A stretch of 64,000 nt of DNA from Squalus acanthias (taxonomy: Eukaryota), in the NCBI GenBank assembly GCA_030390025.1, contig CM059434.1, forward strand, positions 79,422,001-79,486,000, read 5' to 3'. How positions within the stretch are numbered: position 1 is the stretch's first letter; every line of letters begins with the position of its first letter. The notes under the pieces are model-generated. The model was given only the letters and a program-made list of their open reading frames with translations, ran no database searches and was not told where the DNA came from. Shown piece after piece: positions 50,791-63,785 of the stretch. A program made the position numbers and the translations under genes.

Positions 50791-51339
50791 TTGTAAAATC
50801 TGAGGTCAGTCCCAAGCATGAGACGAGTTCTGTACTTTGTCCTGAGTCTGAGAATTCTGACTCGCCAGTAGTGGGCACAAAGGGAATGGGCAGCCAGAGG
50901 CCACAGTGCCAATTCAGGAAATTTCCACTGCAGGCTTGCCAAATAACAGCTGCCAGCTTCAGTACCCGATCACTTGTCAACTCAATGAGGCTTTCCTCTT
51001 TCCAAATTAGCTGCAAGTGTTGGCTTGGTAATGAAGGAGTTCCTGATCCAATTGTCGCCTTTGTTGTTGTCAGATTTCAAGTTCTGTTGCCGCTCAGTCA
51101 AGTGATGAACAATTGCAGCTTTTCATTCTTGCATTAGATCTTCCCGGGTACAAAGGAGCACAGAGATTCCTTCAGGGTTTGTGAAGGCATGTTTGTACAT
51201 TGAATGTCTCAGCCTGGTGTCTAACAGTGAAAACGCCTTTCTCTGAAGTAAAATGCTGAGTGAATTTGGCTGTTTAACTATGTCAAACAACAAGCTAACA
51301 AAGCAATCCAGTGAGAATGATCAGAATATTTAATAAGGG

Positions 51340-52373
51340 AAAATGAGAGGGTGTGGGATTGGAAATAGCCTTCTGACTTGGGTTGGAAATTGGTTGGGAG
51401 GTAGGAGACAGACAGTGGGGATAAAGGTTCTGGGCATCACACTTTAGGAAGGATGTCAAGACCTTAGAGAGGGCGCAGAAGATATTTACTAGAATGGTAC
51501 CAGGGATGAGGGACTTCAGTTATGTGGAGAGACTGGAGAAGCTGGGGTTGTTCTCCTTAGAGCAGAGAAGGAGAATTAATGGAAGCATTAAAAATCATGA
51601 GGCCTTTGAGTCTCTCTCGGCCTGTCTGCCTTCTCAGGTGGACATAAAATATCCCATGGCACTATTCAAAGAAGATCAACCTTAAGGAAATAAGGGCAGA
51701 AACTGCAACAACTGTGGCACAAATCTTCCAGAAATCACTGAATGCTGGAGAGGTGCCTGGGGACTGGAAAATCAGATGTTTGGATGTATTAAAAGAAAAT
51801 ATTGAGTGAAATAGTGAGGTAATCCTGCCACTTTATAAATCATTGGTGTGACCACACTTGGAATGCTGTGTACAGTTCTGGTCACCACAGTATGAAAAGG
51901 ATATTGCAGCTATTGAAAGGATACAGAAAAGAGCAACCAGAATGAATGAGGGGATGGAGGGATTAGATTACTAGGAAGGATTATGTAAATTGAGCATGTT
52001 CTCAGTGGAAAAGAGAAGGCTGGGAGGTGATATGATTGCTGTGTTTTGGATTCTAAAGGGACTAGATAATGTAGACCATGAGAAGCTGTTTCACCTTGTC
52101 CAAAACAGTAGAACCAAAGGACACGGCCTGCGCTTGAAGGACGGTAAATTCAAAACTAATCTGCGGAAACATTATTTCAGTGAGCGAGTGGTCAATCTAT
52201 GCAACAGGCGCCCTAGGGAGACGGTGCAAGCAGTTAATATTGATTCATTCAAATGGAAATAAGAGAGATTTCTTTCAGAAAATAATATTTTGTGATACAG
52301 TATATGAGTAATTTGAGACATGACGTGTGGTGAGTGTAGCAGGCTCGGAGGAACAGGTGACTTTAGACCCATG
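51340..52373 (+). mobile_element. Degenerate CR1 fragments; the 3'UTR of the last continues at 54721-54912
   Basis: EKRRLGGDMI..RTKGH..FSERVV motif; tail also present at 9560-9810 and, inverted, at 20265-20510. Confidence 0.75.
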
Positions 52374-54720
52374 GGGGGAAAAATTCAGTTGGTTGCGCCT
52401 CCCGTTAGTGCCTTAAGAGGGCGCTAATGGGACGCAAAGCAACTAGTGCCCGGGCGCGGTGATGTTTGCGCCGCTCGCGAAATTAACTAGACATTTTGCG
52501 GCGGCGCTAAACAGTTCCGCCACGATCTCCTGCGCCGGCAGATCGTGACGTCAGTCGATTGCGCAACGCCCCGGTAGCGCCCCGGAGCGGATATTGAGTG
52601 GCGCCCCCTGCCTTACCGCCTGCCGCTAGCAACGACAGGTTGAGGGGAGCGTTTTGCAGTCAGGAACGGACTGGGGGAGCGCTATTTAAAGGCGACCGCT
52701 TCCTGCCTTTTTTTGTTGGCGACATTTTTGAACCACGCATTCTGAGAGAGAGAGAGAGAGACTTCTGGAGAGATTCAACGCTGTGTGAAGGAGTTTTGGG
52801 TACTGAGCAGCACTTTGCAGGTTCATTTTGATTTGCCCTTCCTTGTATCGATTTAGAAGAGACTGTGGGGGCTGCACACTGAGCTCTTTCCCTGGGCCTC
52901 TCCATTGTTCTTTCCAGCAGATTTGATGTACAGGTCTCTCCAGGCCGAGATTCAAGGCTGCAATGAGCAGGATGCCAATGTAACCCCTCTTTTTAAAAAA
53001 GGAGGGAGGGAGAAAGCAGGGAATTATAGACCGGTCAGCCTGACATCGGTCGTGGGTAAAATGATGGAAGCAATTATTAAAGATGTCATAACAGACCATT
53101 TGGAAAGTGGCGACATGATAGGTCCAAGTCAGCATGGATTTGTGAAAGGGAAATCATGCTTGACAAATCTTCTGGAATTTTTTGAGGATGTTTCCAATAG
53201 GGTGGACAGGGGGGAACCAGTAGATGTGGTGTATTTGGACTTTCAGAAGGCCTTCGACAAGGTCCCACACAAGAGATTGGTGAGCAAAGTTAAAGCACAT
53301 GGGATTGGGGGTAATGTGTTGACGTGGATTGAGAACTGGTTGGCACACAGGAAACAAAGAGTAGGAGTAAATGGGTACTTTTCAGAATGGCAGGCAGTGA
53401 CCAGCGGGGTACCGCAGGGTTCGGTGCTGGGACCCCAGCTGTTTACATTATATATTAATGATTTGGACGAAGGGATTAAATGTAATATCTCCAAATTTGC
53501 GGATGACACTAAATTGGGAGGCAGTGTGAACAATGAGGAGGATGCTAGGAGGCTACAGAGTGACTTGGACAGGTTGGGTGAATGGGCAAATGTATGGCAG
53601 ATGAAGTACAATGTGGATAAATGTGAGGTTATCCACTTTGGTGTTAAAAATAGAGAGGCGGACTATTACCTGAATGGTGGCAGATTAGGGAAAGGGGACG
53701 TGCAACGAGACCTGGGCGTCATGGTACATCAGTCACTGAAGGTGGGAATGCAAGTGCAGCAGGCAGTCAAGAAAGCAAACGGAATGATGGCCTTCATAGC
53801 AAGGGGATTTGAGTACAGGAGTAGGGAGGTGATGCTGCAGTTGTACAGGGCCTTGGTGAGGCCACACCTGGAGTATTGTGCGCAGTTTTGGTCTCCTAAC
53901 TTAAGGAAGGACATTCTTGCTATTGAGGGAGTGCAGCGAAGGTTCACTAGATTGATTCCTGGGATGGCCGGACTGACATATCAAGAAAGATTGGGTCAAC
54001 TGAACTTGTATCCTCTGGAGTTCAGAAGAATGAGGGGGGATCTTATAGAGACATTTAAAATCCTGACTGGTTTAGACAAATTAGATGCGGGCAGAATGTT
54101 CCCAATGGTAGGGAAAACTAGAACCAGGGGTCACAGTCTAAGGATTAAGGGGAAGCCATTTAGGACTGAGCTGAGGAGGAACTTCTTCACCCAGAGAGTG
54201 GTGAATCTATGGAATTCTCTTCCACAGAAGGTTGTTGAGGCCAGTTCGCTAAATATATTCAAAAGGGAGTTAGATATAACACTCACAACTAAGGGGATCA
54301 AGGGGTATGGCGAGAAAGCAGGAATGGGGTACTGAGGTAGCATGTTCAGCCATGAACGCATTGAATGGCGGTGCAGGCTCGAAGGACCGAATGGTCTACT
54401 CCTGTACCTATTTTCTATGTTTCTATGTTTCTATGAAAGCAAGATCAACCCTCCCCTTTAAGAACTGGCCGGGGCCATTGTGTCTGTGTTCCATTGCTGA
54501 CTGACATCACATGAGCTTCGCCAGCGCTCTGAGGTAGCACCTCGCTCCTCGGCCTTTGTGCCTTAAGACAGATGTGTAGCGCCTGATTTAGCACTCCAAT
54601 CACCTCCAGGGGCGATAAAAGTCAAGTTTGCAGTCGGAGGCGATAATTAGCGCCAGGCGCTAATCTTTGCGCCCGGCCGATAATTGCGCCCCAAACGGGG
54701 CGATACTGAATTTTTCCCCC
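52374..54720 (+). mobile_element. 904-bp Harbinger-like MITE family, copy D, carrying a CR1 insertion
   Basis: TIRs GGGGGAAAAATTCAG/CTGAATTTTTCCCCC; 3-bp TSD ATG; splits a CR1 3'UTR. Confidence 0.92.
52975..54435 (+). mobile_element. Young 5'-truncated CR1 LINE with an uninterrupted RT and C-terminal ORF (stop at 54335)
   Basis: NYRPVSL, LDFQKAFD, GVPQGSVLGP, YINDLD and FADDTK all in one open frame; (TTTCTATG)n tail. Confidence 0.95.
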
Positions 54721-54925
54721 ATGATTTCCAAAGCTCTCCACCATTAGGGTTTTCCTCGCCTCATGTCTGGGTCTGTTGTATTTATTGATAGAGATTGATT
54801 GCTGTGATTAGTCAACAAATCCATTATTGTATCATGCAACTATCAGGATGGTAAAAGGTGGACTAGATGGACCTTGCTCTTTTTTCAGCTAGCAATTTCT
54901 ATGTTCCTATGTTCTGATCATTTAT

Positions 54926-55133
54926 TGAGAGGTCGCACAACACCAGGTTATAGTCCAACAGTTTTATTTGAAATCACAAGCTTTCGGAGCTATCGATCGC
55001 CCCTTCCTCAGGTGAAGGGGCGATCGATAGCTCCGAAAGCTTGTGATTTCAAATAAAACTGTTGGACTATAACCTGGTGTTGTGCGACCTCTCAATTTTG
55101 TCCACCCCAGTCCAACACCGGCATCTCCGCATC
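54926..55133. mobile_element. Penelope-like element end: 83-bp-arm perfect palindrome with a hammerhead core
   Basis: Arms 54924-55006 and 55014-55096, 7-nt loop; 12-bp TSD CTGATCATTTAT at 54914-54925 and 55134-55145. Confidence 0.85.
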
Positions 55134-55316
55134 CTGATCATTTATCTCATTGCTGTTTGTGGGACCTTGCTGTGTGCAAATTGTTTGCCACGTTTACTTA
55201 CATTACAAGGGTGACTACACTTCAAAATAATTAATTGACTGTGAAGCGCTTTGGGACGTCCTGAGGTCATGAAAGGCAGAACATTTATTGAAGCAACATA
55301 AAATATTGAGCATCTT

Positions 55317-58300
55317 GGGGAACGGTAGTGTAGTGGTAATGTCACTGGGCTAGTAATCCAGAGGCCTGGACTAATGATCCAGAGACGTGAGTTCAAATCC
55401 CACCACGGCAGCTGTGGAATTTAAATTCAGTTAATTAAATAAATCTGGAATAAAAAGCTAGTATCAGTAACGGTAACCATGAAACCATCAGATTGTCGTA
55501 AAAACCCATCTGGTTCACTAATGTCCTTTAGTGGAAGGAAATCTGTTGTCCTTACCCGGTCTGGCCTATATGTGACTCCAGACCTACAGCAATGTGATTG
55601 ACTCTTAACTGACTCTGAAATGGCCCAGCAAGTCACTCAGTTGTAACAAACCGCTACGAAACACAATAATAAGAATAAAACCAGACGGACCACCCGGCAT
55701 CGACCTCGGCCCCGGCTACGGACACGGCAATTACACACCCAGCCCAGTTGACCCTGCAAAGTCCTCCTCACCAACATCTGGAGACTTGTGCCAAAATTGG
55801 GAGAGCTGTCCTACAGACTAGTCAAGCAACAGCCTGACATAGTCATACTCACAGAATCATACCTTTCAGGCAATGTCCCAAAATCCTCCATCACCATCCC
55901 TGGGTATGTCCTGTCCCATCGGCAGGACAGACCCACCAGGGGTGGCTATACAGTCGGGAAGGAGTGGCCCTGGGAGTCCTCACCCTTGACTCCGGACCCC
56001 ATGAAGTCTCATGGCTTCAGGCCAAGCATGGGCAAGGAAACCTCCTGCTGATTACCACCTACTGTCCTCCCTCAGCTGATGAATCAGTACTCCGCCATGT
56101 TGAACACCACTTGGAAGAAGCAAGGGCACAGAATGTACTCTGGGTGGGGGACTTCAATGTCCATCACCAAGAGTGGCTCGGTAGCACCACTACTGACTGA
56201 GCTGGCCGAGTCCTGAAGGACATAACTGCCAGTCTGGGCCTGCGACAGGTGGTGAGAGAACCAACATGAGGGAAAAACCTACTTGACCTCGTCCTCACCA
56301 ATCTACCTGTCGCAGATGCATCTGTCCATGACAGTATTGGAAGCAGTGACCACCGCACAGTCCTTGTGGAGACCAAGTCCTGTTTTCGCACTGAGGACAC
56401 CCTCCATCGTGTTGTGTGGCACTACCACCGTGCTAAATGGGATAGATTCAGAACAGATCTAGCAGCTCAAAAATGGGCATCCATGAGGTGTTGTGGGTCA
56501 TCAGCAGCAGCAGAATTGTATTCCACCACAATCTGTAACCTCATGGCCCGGCATATCCCTCATTCTACCATTACTATCAAGCCAGGTAACCAACCCTGGT
56601 TCAATGAGGAGTGTAGAAGAGCATGCCAGGAGCAGCACCAGGTGTATCTAAAACTGAGGTGCCAACCTGGGGAAGCTGCAACACAGGACTGCATGCATGT
56701 AAAAAAGTGGAAGCAGCATGCTATAGACAGGGCTAAGCGATCCCACAATCAACAGATCAGATCAAAGCTCTGCAGTCCTGCCACATCCAATCGTGAATGG
56801 TGGTGGACCATTAAACAACTAACGGGAGAAGGAGACTCCATGAACATCCCCATCCTCAATGATGGTGGCGCCAAGCACGTGAGTGCAAAAGACAAGGCTG
56901 AAGCGTTTGCAACCATCTTCAGCCAGAAGTGCCGAGTGGATGATCCATATCGGCCTCCCCGAGGTCCCCACCGTCACAGAAGCCAGTGTTCAGCATATTT
57001 GATTCACTCCACGTGATATCAAGAAACAGCTCAGCGCACTGGATACAGCAAAGGCCATGGGCCCCAACAACATCCCAGCTATCGTGCTGAAGACCTGTGC
57101 TCCAGAACTAGCCGCGCCTCTAGCCAAGCTGTTCCAGTGCAGCTACAACACTGGCATCTATCCGACAATGTGGAAAACTGCCCGGGTATGTCCTGTCCCC
57201 AAAAAGCAGGATAAATTCAATCCGGCCAATTACCGCCCCATCAGTCTACTCTCAATCATCAGCAAAGTGATGGAAGGTGTCATCGACAGTGCTATCAAGC
57301 GGCACTTACTCACCAATAACCTGCTCACTGATGCCCAGTTTGGGTTGCACCAAGACCCCTCAGCTCCCGACCTCATTACAGCCTTGGTCCAAACATGGAC
57401 AAAGGAGCTGAATTCCAAAGGTGAGGTGAGAGTGACTGTCCTTGACATCAAGGCAGCATTTGACCGAGTGTGGCATCAAGGAGCTCCAGTAAAACTGAAG
57501 TCAATGGGAATCAAGGGGAAAACACTCCACTGGCTGGAGTCACACCTAACACAAAGGAAGATGGTTGTGGTGATTGAAGGTCAATCATCACAGCCCCAGG
57601 ACATCGCTGCAGGAGTTCCTCAGGGCAGTGAACTAGCCCAACCATCTTCAGCTGCTTCATCAATGATCTTCCCTCCAACATAAGGTCAGAAATGGGGATG
57701 TTTACTGATGACTGCACAGTGTTCAATGCCATTCACAGCTCCTCAGATAATGAAACAGTCTATGCCCGCATGCAACAAGATCTGGACGATGTTCAGGCTT
57801 GGGCTGATATGTGGCAGCTAACATTCGCGCCACAGAAGTGCCACGCAATGACTATATGCAACAAGTAAGAGTCTAACCACCGCCCCTTGACATTCAACGA
57901 CATTACCATCGCCTAATCCCCCACCATCAACATCCTGGGGGGGGTCATCATTGACCAGAAACTTAACTGGACCAGCCACATAAATACTGTGGCAACCAGA
58001 GCAGGTCACAGGCTAGGTATTCTGCAGTGAGTGTCTCACCTCCTGACTCCCCAAAACCTTTCCACCATCTACAAGACACAAGTAAGGAGTGTGATAGAAT
58101 AATCTCCACTTGCCTGGATGAGTGCAGCTCCAACAACACTCAAGAAGCTCGACACCATCCATGACAAAGCAGCCCACTTGATTGGTAACCCATCTACCAC
58201 CTTAAACATTCACTCCCTCCACCACCGGCGTACCGTGGCTGCAGTGTGTACCATCTACAAGATGCACTGCAGCAACTCGCCAAGGCTTCTTCGGCAGCAC

Positions 58301-58595
58301 CTCCCAAACCTGCGACCTCTTCCGCCTAGAAGGACAAGGGCAGCAGGCGCATGGGAACACCACCACCTCCAAGTTCCCCTCCAAGTCACACACCATCCTG
58401 ACTTAGAAATATATCGCCGATCCTTCATCGTCGCTGGGTCAAAATCCTGGAACTCACTCCCTAACAGCACTGTGGGAGTACCTTCACCACACGGACTGCA
58501 GCAGTTCAAGAAGGCAGCTCACCACCACCTTCTCAAGGGCAATTAGGGATGGGCAATAAATGCTGGCCTTGCCAGCGACGTCCACATCACAAACG
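55317..58595 (+). mobile_element. CR1/L2-group LINE with tRNA-derived head and a single, decayed APE+RT ORF
   Basis: A box 55326-55336, B box 55391-55400; APE motifs KVLLTNIW, DIVILTES, GDFN, SDH; RT motifs NYRPISL, LDIKAAFD, GVPQGS, FTDD; several stops and frameshifts. Confidence 0.88.
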
Positions 58596-59044
58596 ATTTT
58601 TAATTTTTTTTTACTGATATGAAAAGATAGAGACCTCATAGATATAATATTTGAAATACTACTCATTCGCCACTATCCAAAACTCGCTGAAGATACAAGT
58701 AATTTTCTTCTTCCTCCAAATCTTTATAGAATCATACAGCACAGGAGGCCATTTGGCCCATCATGCCCGTGCCGGCTCTTTGAAAGAGCGATCCAATTAG
58801 TCCCACTACCTCCTGCTCTTTCTCCACAGCCCTGCAATTATATTTCGCCTTCAAGTATTTATCCAATTCCCTTTTGAAAGTTACTATTGAATCTGCTTTC
58901 ACCGCCCTTTCAGGCAGTGAATTCCAGTTATTTATATTCTGTTTTAATTTTGTTGTTTTACCTCCCAGGGTGATTTGCAGTATTTGTGCCAGTGTTTCGT
59001 CTGTTTGTTCCCCTCGCTCCCTCCCCAAAACCTCTCTTCGTTTT

Positions 59045-60006
59045 AGAAACATAGAAAAATAGGAGCAGGAGTCGGCCATTCGGCCCTTCGAGCCTGCTCC
59101 GCCATTCAATATGATCATGGCTGATCCTCTATCTCAATACCATATTCCCGCGCTCTCCCCGTACCCCTTGATGCCTTTTGTGTCTAGAAATCTATCTATC
59201 TCCTTCTTAAATATATTCAGTGACTTGGCCTCCATATCCTTCTGTGGTAGAGAATTCCACAGGTTCACCACCCTCTGAGTAAAGAAATTTCTCCTCATCT
59301 CAGTCCTAAATGTCCTACCCCGTATCCTGAGACTGTGACCCCTCGTTCTAGACCCCCCAGCCAGGGGAAACATCCTCCCTGCATCCAGTCTGTCTAGCCC
59401 TGTCAGAATTTTATACGTTTCAATGAGATCCCCTCTCATTCTTCTAAACTCTAGTGAATACAGGCCTAGTCGACCCAATCTCTCCTCATACAACAGTCCT
59501 GCCATCCCAGGAATCAGTCTGGTGAACCTTCGCTGCACTCCCTCTATGGCAAGTATATCCTTTCTTGGGTAAGGAGACCAAAACTGCACACAGTACTCCA
59601 GGTGTGGTCTCACCAAGGCCCTGTATAACTGTAGTAAGACATCCTTGCTCCTGTATTCAAATCCTCTTGCAATGAAGGCCAACATACCATTTGCCTTCCT
59701 AACTGCTTGCTGTACCTGCATGTTTGCTTTCAGTGACTGGTGTACAAGGACACCCAGGTAACTTTGTACATCAACATTTCCCAATCTATCAACATTTAAA
59801 TAATACTCTGCCTTTCTGTTTTTCCTACCGAAGTGGATAACTTCACATTTATCCACGTTATACTGCGTCTGCCATGTATTTGCCCATTCACTCAACTTGT
59901 CTAAATCGCCTTGAAGCCTCTTTGCATCCTCCTCACAACTCTCAATCCCACCTAGTTTTGTGTCGTCAGCAAACTTGGAAATATTACATTTGGTTCCCTC
60001 ATCCAA
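59045..60006 (-). mobile_element. Young CR1 3' fragment (290-aa open frame)
   Basis: FADDTK to the C-terminal end uninterrupted; related to 52975-54435. Confidence 0.93.
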
Positions 60007-60414
60007 TTTTCTTAGTTATTTACATGTTTTTAAGTAAGATTGTTTCCTCCCCCCCACCCCCTTAACTCTTACGGTGGTTTTGCGGTACTTGCTGAAGTCA
60101 CTGTTTGTGTGACACTGGGCGGGGAGGTTTCATCCAGCACCTGATCAGCTGGTCACTTGGCACAATCTGGGCCTGGCTAGCTGACTGGCTCCAGGTGCAA
60201 TGTTGGAGATCAGCAACAAAATGCTCATTAACATTCTCCTCAGCAACGTAAATAAAAACGTATTCCAAACAACACTGTCAGCCCAGAATTTTTATTTACT
60301 GGCTTAAACTCACATTTATTTGTACGTTTTCTGCCTGGTTGTCAAAGTGCATTCTGGGTATTGTAGTTCTACAAGAGCAGGATGAGAATGAATACTCCCA
60401 TGATCTCAGTTTCT

Positions 60415-61191
60415 CTCTGACTCTTACATTCACTCTCATTCTCACACTCTCACTCACGCACTCAATCCTTCATTTTCTTTCACTCACACTCACTCTCTCA
60501 CTCAATCCTTCATTCTCACTCTCACACACTCGCCCTCACTCTCTCTTACTCACTCACTCACACTCAATTTTTTATTCTCACTCTCTCACACTCAATCTTT
60601 CATTCTCTTTCACTCATACTCACTCACATACTCAATCTTTCATTCTCTCCCACTCACACACTCAATCCTTCATTCTCACTCACACTCTCACGCACTTGCC
60701 CTCACTCTCTCGCTCACCCTCACATTTAATCTTTCATTCTCTCTACTTTTGCACTCACTCTCTCACTCAATCTTTCATTCTCACTNNNNNNNNNNNNNNN
60801 NNNNNNNNNNNNNNNNNNNNNNNNNNNNNNNNNNNNNNNNNNNNNNNNNNNNNNNNNNNNNNNNNNNNNNNNNNNNNNNNNNNNNNNNNNNNNNNNNNNN
60901 NNNNNNNNNNNNNNTCTCTCTCTCACATTCTCACTCTCACATTCTCCCTCTCACACGCTCACTCTCACACGCTCACTCTCACTCTCACGCTCACGCTCAC
61001 ACTCACACTCACACTCACTCTCACTCTCACTCTCACTCTGACACTCACTCTCTCACTCCATCCTTCATTCTCTCTCTCACATTCTCCCTCTCACATGCTC
61101 ACTCTCACACGCTCACTCTCACACGCTCACTCTCACTCTCACTCTCACACTCACACTCACACTCACACTCACACTCACACTCACTCTCACA

Positions 61192-61224
<33 letters not shown>

Positions 61225-63785
61225 TCACACTCACTCTCACTCCATCCTTCATTCTCTCTCACATTCTCACTCTCACACACTCACTCTCACACGCTCACTC
61301 TCACACGCTTACTCTCTCACGCTCACTCTCACATTCTCACTCACACTCACTCACACGCTTACTCTCACACTCATTCTCACACTCACTCTCACACGCTTAC
61401 TCTCACGTTCTCACTCTCACACTCACTCTCACATTCTCACTCACACACTCACTCTCACACGCTCACTCTCAAATTCTCACTCTCACACGCTCACTCTCAC
61501 ACGCTTACTCTCACATTCTCACTCTCACACGCTTACTCTCACATTCTTTCTCTCACACTCTCTCACACTCTCACGCTCACCCTCTCACTCTCAATTCTCA
61601 CACTCTCACATTCTCACTCACTCCATCCTTCATTCTCACTCTCACTCATTCTCACTCTCACACTCTCAATTCTCACTCTCACACGCTCACTCTCACATTC
61701 TCACTCTCATTCTCACTCTCATTCTCACTCTCATTCTCACTCTCACACTCACTCTCACATTCTCATTCTCACACGCTCACTCTCACACTCCATCCTTCAT
61801 TCTCACTCTCACACGCTCACTCTCTCACATTCTCACACTCACTCTCACACTCTCAAATTCTCACTCTCTCACTCTCACACACTCACTCTCACACACTCAC
61901 TCTCACTCTCACTCTCACGCTCACTCTCACGCTCACTCTCACACTCACTCTCACACTCACTCTCACACTCACTCTCACATTCTCATTCTCACACGCTCAC
62001 TCTCACACTCCATCCTTCATTCTCACTCTCACATGCTCACTCTCACATTCTCACACTCACTCTCACACTCTCAAATTCTCACTCTCNNNNNNNNNNNNNN
62101 NNNNNNNNNNNNNNNNNNNNNNNNNNNNNNNNNNNNNNNNNNNNNNNNNNNNNNNNNNNNNNNNNNNNNNNNNNNNNNNNNNNNNNNNNNNNNNNNNNNN
62201 NNNNNNNNNNNNNNNNNNNNNNNNNNNNNNNNNNNNNCTCACACTCATTCTCACTCTCACACTCACTCTCTCACTCCATCCTTCATTCTCTCTCTCACAT
62301 TCTAACTCTCACACGCTCACTCTCACACGTTTTCTCTCACACGCTTACTCTCACACACTTTCTCTCACATTCTCACTCTCACACACTTTCTCTCACATTC
62401 TCACTCTCACACGCTCACTCTCACACACTCACTCTCACACACTCACTCTCACATGCTTACTCTCACACACTTTCTCTCACATTCTCACTCTCACACGCTT
62501 ACTCTCACATTCTTTCTCTCACACTCTCTCACACTCTCACGCTCACTCTCTCACTCTTAATTCTCACACTCTCACTCACTCTCACATTCTTACTCTCTCA
62601 CACTCACTCCATCCTTCATTCTCACTCTCACACTCACTCTCACATTCTCACTCTCACACGCTCACTCTCACACGCTCACTCTCACACTCACTCACACTCA
62701 CACTCACTCACACTCACACTCACTCACTCTCACACTCACTCACTCTCTCACTCCATCCTTCATTCTCTCTCACATTCTCACACTCACACGCTCACTCTCA
62801 CATTCTCACTCACACGCTCACTCTCACATTCTCACTCTCACACGCTCACTCTCACATTCTTTCTCTCACACTCTCTCACACTCTCACGCTCACTCTCTCA
62901 CTCTCAATTCTCACACTCTCACTCACTCTCACATTCTCACTCTCTCACACTCACTCCATCCTTCATTCTCACTCTCACTCATTCTCACTCTCACACTCTC
63001 AATTCTCACTCTCACACGCTCACTCTCACACTCCATCCTTCATTCTGACTCTCACACGCTCACTCACTCACGCTCACTCTCACACACTCACTCTCACACT
63101 CCATCCTTCATTCTCACTCTCAATTCTCACTCTCACACGTTCACTCTCACACGCTCACTCTCACGCTCACTCTCACACGCTCTCTCACACGCTCTCTCAC
63201 ACGCTCTCTCACGCTCACTCTCACACGCTCACTCTCACACGCTCTCTCACACGCTCTCTCACACTCACTCTCACGCTCACTCTCACGCTCACTCACACGC
63301 TCACTCTCACACGCTAACTCTCACACGCTCACTTTCTCACTCTCACACGCTCACTCTCACACGCTCACTCTCACACGCTCTCTCACATGCTCTATCACGC
63401 TCACTCTCACGCTCACTCTCACGCTCACTCACACGCTCACTCTCTCACTCTCACATGCTCACTCTCACACGCTCACTCTCACACGCTCACTCTCACACGC
63501 TCACTCTCACACGCTCACTCTCACACTCTCACTCTTTCACTCCATCCTTCATTCTCACTCTCTCACACTCACTCTCACATGCTCACTCTCACACGCTCAC
63601 TCTCACATGCTCACTCTCACACTCACTCTCACACTCACTCTCACACTCACTCTCACACACTCACTCTCACACTCACACTCACTCTTTCACTCCGTCCTTC
63701 ATTCTCACTCTCTCACACTCACTCTCACACACTCACTCTCACACTCACACTCACATGCTCACTCTCACACGCTCACTCTCACACA
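60415..63785. repeat. Degenerate CA/CT microsatellite array (CTCACA/CTCACTCTCACA), with assembly gaps at 60786-60914 and 62087-62237
   Basis: Directly visible; explains the SH/LT low-complexity ORFs. Confidence 0.97.

Noticed and set aside
50800-51245. Exon-like unique segment as a 5' coding exon
   Set aside because: The minus-strand frames I read are interrupted by stops, with no clear donor and no recognisable homology.
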